A stretch of DNA of 64,000 bases, taken from Entomortierella parvispora E1425 (Eukaryota > Fungi > Mortierellomycota). This document shows positions 60,551 to 64,000 of this stretch, one piece after another. The DNA is taken from positions 1,860,001 to 1,924,000 of the forward strand of contig BQFW01000004.1 of the NCBI GenBank assembly GCA_020891255.1, in the 5' to 3' direction. Under the pieces are notes generated by a model that saw nothing but the letters and a program-made list of their open reading frames with translations, made no database searches and was not told the origin of the DNA. Numbering within the stretch: position 1 is the first letter of the stretch; each line of letters starts with the position of its first letter. The position numbers and the translations under genes are program-made.

Positions 60551-62235
60551 TTAGATTCTCTTTCTGTTCTGGCGACGCAACTTTTGTGCCATCATCTTGT
60601 TCTCGCGATCCTTAGCCACGGCAACCTCCTTTTGTTTTGCGGCAAGACCACCCTCGTACGAGGCCTTGAAAGACTCCATGAATCCAAGCTGCTTTCCAGT
60701 GGTCTTGGGCTTAGCGTGAGCAATGAGGGAAGGAATGTTGAAGAAACGGCGGACAGCAGGTGCCTTGAAGAACATGATCTGACCGGCTGTGAAAACGTTC
60801 GAGGTCAACCAGTACACAAAGATGGCCTATTCATAGCAAAACATTCAAAAAGACATCCGGTCAGACACAGGAGGTCATACTAGGCGATAAGCACAGTCGC
60901 CAGATCCATGGAAAGGTCTACAACACAACATAATCCACTTACAGAGGGAAAGTTCATGGTCAAAGGAACCATAGCAACAGCCATGAAACGCATCACGTTC
61001 TTCATGGCCTTGGGCTGAGAAACACCACCAGCCTCGCTTCCCAACTCCATGATGGCCAAGAAACCCAAGGAAGAAGCAACGGGCAAGACATAGGTGGGAT
61101 CAGCAATCGTCAAATCGGTGAACCAGGCGGTACCACCGTTCTGGAATTGAGGCACAGGCAACTGGGCCATATCTCTCAAAGCCAAGTAGAATGAGATCAT
61201 GACAGGAGCCTGCAACAAGGGCAACATCAAAGACTTCAAGGGGTTGCAGTCGTTCTTGGCAAAGAGCTCCTGAGTCTGCGAAGAGAAGCGAGCCAAAGCA
61301 GCAGTGTCGTTCGTCTCCTTGGCCAACTTCATGTTCTCGGTCAAGCGGTCCAACTGAGGCTTGACGTTATGGAGACGAGCAGTGTTTCCTTGCAACTTGA
61401 CAATGAAAGGCACCAAAGCAGTACGAATAGCCACTGTGGTGACGGCGATCGTGGCCCACCAAGGCAAACCAGTCGAAATGTGAACAGCCTCCAAGATAGT
61501 CTCCAATCCTCCGACGGGCGAGAAGTTGACCAAGCCCATTGCCTTGAGATCGCCATACTTCATCGCTACCTGTGAAACAGTCTCTGCGTTCTGAGCAGCA
61601 ACCTCGGAAAGGACCGAGGTGCTGGAGGCAGTCGCGGTGGCGACAGTCTCTTCCGTGACATGCTCCATGACCTCTGCTGCTGAAGGGAAGATCGAGGGGT
61701 CGACCAAAGTGGCTGCCTCTGCGACAGCAGGCTCCTGACGCTGTTCCTCCTGAAGAGTGGTGATGGCGGCGTTGGTGATGCTGGAGGTCTCAGTCGACAT
61801 GTGGCGGTGGAATCCGGCGCCCATAGAAGGAGCCCACATCTGCTTGACCATAGCAGGGCGAACCAAGCTGCTGGATCTGATCATGCTGCTGGCACGGAAG
61901 GCGAGGACAGTCTTTCCTGTGGCATACTATAGAGAAGACAGATCGATTGTCAGTCCCGTTACCCCTCATTGTTGAATATCCTAATGTTATCAGAGCTACG
62001 ACTGTTGAAGTCGGTTTAGAAAACATACTTGTCTGACAGCGCTTTTCCTGAAGAAGAGAAATGAACCAGAAGAAGGGGACATGAGAAGGTTAGCATGGCT
62101 GACAGCGACCAGGTCCAGGAGCAAGCCTAACCAACAAAAGAATGCAGTCGTAGACGGCACTCCTCGGGATGTGAAAAAGGGTTAAAGTACGTACAAGCCG
62201 GCGGGCTGGGCGAGGGAGAGGCGGAGCATCGACAT
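60551..62235 (-). CDS. OXA1: Mitochondrial inner-membrane insertase Oxa1; four exons (two short 5' exons, main exon, terminal exon)
   Basis: GLPWWATIAVTTVAIRTALVP, LQAPVMISFYLALR, WFTDLTIADPTYVLP, FPSAIFVYWLTSN; presequence MSMLRLSLAQPAGLKSAVRQYA assembled across GT-AG introns. Confidence 0.93.
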
Positions 62236-62466
62236 GGCAGTGCGGGCAATGGAAGAGACTTGGAGATCAAATGGTTCCTGAAAGGCAATTCCCGAAGGAC
62301 CTCCATGAGTTGAAACCATTGGCGATTTGTGACTGTTGAATGACCTGCATCGAGTAAACATAAATCACGTGAACATCATTATGGCTTCTCTTTTTTTTTT
62401 TTTCGGCCCATGCTCTCATCCTCCTTTACTCTCCATTGTCCTTCCTAACCACACATCAGCAGCATC

Positions 62467-63602
62467 ATGTCTTTCGCTCAGAAGCAAATGGCCAAATTTG
62501 GCTGGAATGAAGGCGATGGTCTTGGAAAAAACAGAGACGGAATCAAAAAGTCCATCTCCGTCGTCAAGAAGAACGACACCAAAGGCGTAAGACCTTATTT
62601 TTTTTCCCTGCGGAACATCGGTTGTTCTTGATGAACTATCAATTCTAATATGTTTTTTCTTCCTCTCTCTACCTCTCTCTCCATCAGTTGGGTGGCAAGT
62701 TGGACAAGTGGGACTTTGCCTGGTGGGATCACGTTTTCAACAAATCCGCTTCCAACATTCAGGTCAACAAGGACGAGTCAGGAGAGGTTAAGGTCGAGAA
62801 GCAGGCACCCTCCGACATCCAGGTCTCCAAGATGGGCATCATTTCCACTTCTAGACCTGCAGGACCCACTCGATCTGCTGTTGTCACCACCCCTTCCACC
62901 ATGAGCAGCATGACCCCCAGGGACGACTATGCAGAGGATTCGACCGCAGAGGGCGAGAACAAGCCCGCACCGGCTGCCAAGGCTGGACCTTCGTGGCTCT
63001 TTGGATTCGTCAAGGCATCTGCTACCAGTGCCGCCACAGAGGAGGCTAAAAGGACAAACAAGGAATTCACCTCCAGCGCTGCCAGTTTTGCCGCCAGGGC
63101 TGGACCCGAGTACGATGCCCTCAAGGCTGCAGAAGGAGATGAATACAAGGATTATAGTATCAAGGTCTCCGACAAGGAATTGTTTGAGGCTTGCGAGGGA
63201 AGAACTGCGAGAAAGGGTGCCAGAGGCGAGCAACCTGGAAAGCTGGGTCGTGTCATGAAGGAACTCTTGTTGGACGATGGATCAGTGGCCAGCGAGCAAA
63301 AGAAGGAGAAGTCTTCTTCTTCTAGCACCAAGAAGGAGAAGGAGAAGAAGACCAAGACTCCCAAAGAGAAGAAGGTCAAGGCAGCAAAGGAGAAGAAGGA
63401 GAAGAAGGCGAAGGAACCCAAAGAGAAAAAGGTCAAGGAACCCAAGGAGAAGAAGGTCAAGGCTCCAAAGGAGAAGAAGGAGAAGAAAGAGAAGAAGGTC
63501 AAGGAACCCAAGGAAAAGAAGGAAAAGACAAAGAAGCGTGGCGCAGAGGAGGACGAAACCCCTAGACCTTCAAAGAAGTCCAAGAAGTCCAAGGACGAGT
63601 AA
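62467..63602 (+). CDS. GPATCH4: G-patch nucleolar protein, GPATCH4/Tma23-like; exons 62467-62586 and 62688-63602; about 344 aa
   Basis: G-patch FAQKQMAKFGWNEGDGLGK, WWDHVFNKSASNI, DKELFEACEGRTARKGAR, KEKK-repeat tail. Confidence 0.85.
63330..63540 (+). repeat. Coding tandem repeats KE(P)KEKK(V) in the GPATCH4 tail
   Basis: Repeated AAGGAGAAGAAG / AAGGAACCCAA units. Confidence 0.85.
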
Positions 63603-63771
63603 ATACCACCCGCTCACTACCACCATCATCATCATTATATCATGTTACCACAATTTAGCATAGAAGTAGATCACCACACCTGTACAATACCACTGCCATT
63701 ATCATCATCATCATTTGAATTATTAACTGTGGTATATTGTGGCAGGCTATGGTACAATTGGAGATGCGCCG

Positions 63772-64000
63772 CTAGGCGTTGATCTCCAGCATGGAAATCT
63801 CGCCCCTTGAATGCCGTCGTTGTCTAGAAACACTACTCCCTTGACTCCTCTGCCTCACCGAGTGTGGCCTGCTGGACCATGAAAGGGAGGACGAGCGCGA
63901 CCTTCGCAGCATGGGCCGCCCTGGGCTTGGCTCTGGCGAGAGCTCCTTCCATCGCATAGAGCCTTCTTGTTCATCTGTGTCATCGGGTATAATTCTTGAG
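63772..64000 (-). CDS. Possible 3' end of a gene entering from beyond the window (Ser/Arg-rich C-terminus)
   Basis: Frame is open from the window edge (SRIIPDDTDEQEGSMRWKELSPEPSP...) to the stop at 63772. Confidence 0.5.
   Translation of the reverse strand, partial: SRIIPDDTDEQEGSMRWKELSPEPSPGRPMLRRSRSSSLSWSSRPHSVRQRSQGSSVSRQRRHSRGEISMLEINA

Noticed and set aside
62083-62099. 16/17 match to the U6 snRNA core (GAGAAGATTAGCATGGC)
   Set aside because: It is the reverse complement of the branch-point region (GCTAAC) of OXA1 intron 1, and the flanks do not match U6.
1-64000. CRISPR arrays, rRNA, intact transposase/RT/integrase genes, telomeric repeats
   Set aside because: No spaced direct repeats, rRNA signatures, DDE/RT/integrase motifs or terminal repeat arrays were seen.

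Overview
Intron-containing eukaryotic DNA with short GT-AG introns, CTRAY branch points and about 50% GC. Gene content (AP-4 epsilon, WNK kinase, TBCK, DUF4246, intronless F-box gene) points to an early-diverging fungus, most likely Mortierellaceae; this is an inference. About 20 protein-coding genes, one tRNA-Lys(CTT) and a decayed prephenate dehydratase pseudogene can be supported. The genes are: SAM methyltransferase, two tandem alpha-arrestins, ATG15, AP4E, WNK, RPL9, RPA43, Atg31-like, TBCK, RFC2/RFC4, SEC72, an orphan disordered protein, Mds3/Ral2 kelch-BTB, PUT1, DUF4246, F-box, a tandem-START protein, OXA1, GPATCH4 and a partial gene at the right edge. No CRISPR array, rRNA or intact transposon was seen. 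Best leads: (i) a DUF4246 oxygenase broken only by one TGA at a family-conserved Trp codon; (ii) an AP-4 epsilon subunit with no hinge or ear; (iii) a tail-anchored double-START protein with an FFAT-like motif; (iv) a proline dehydrogenase with two canonical EF-hands; (v) a fungal WNK split by a GC-AG intron; (vi) a possible structured ncRNA downstream of an orphan TATA box. Exon models were built by hand and family calls rest on remembered motifs, not database searches.
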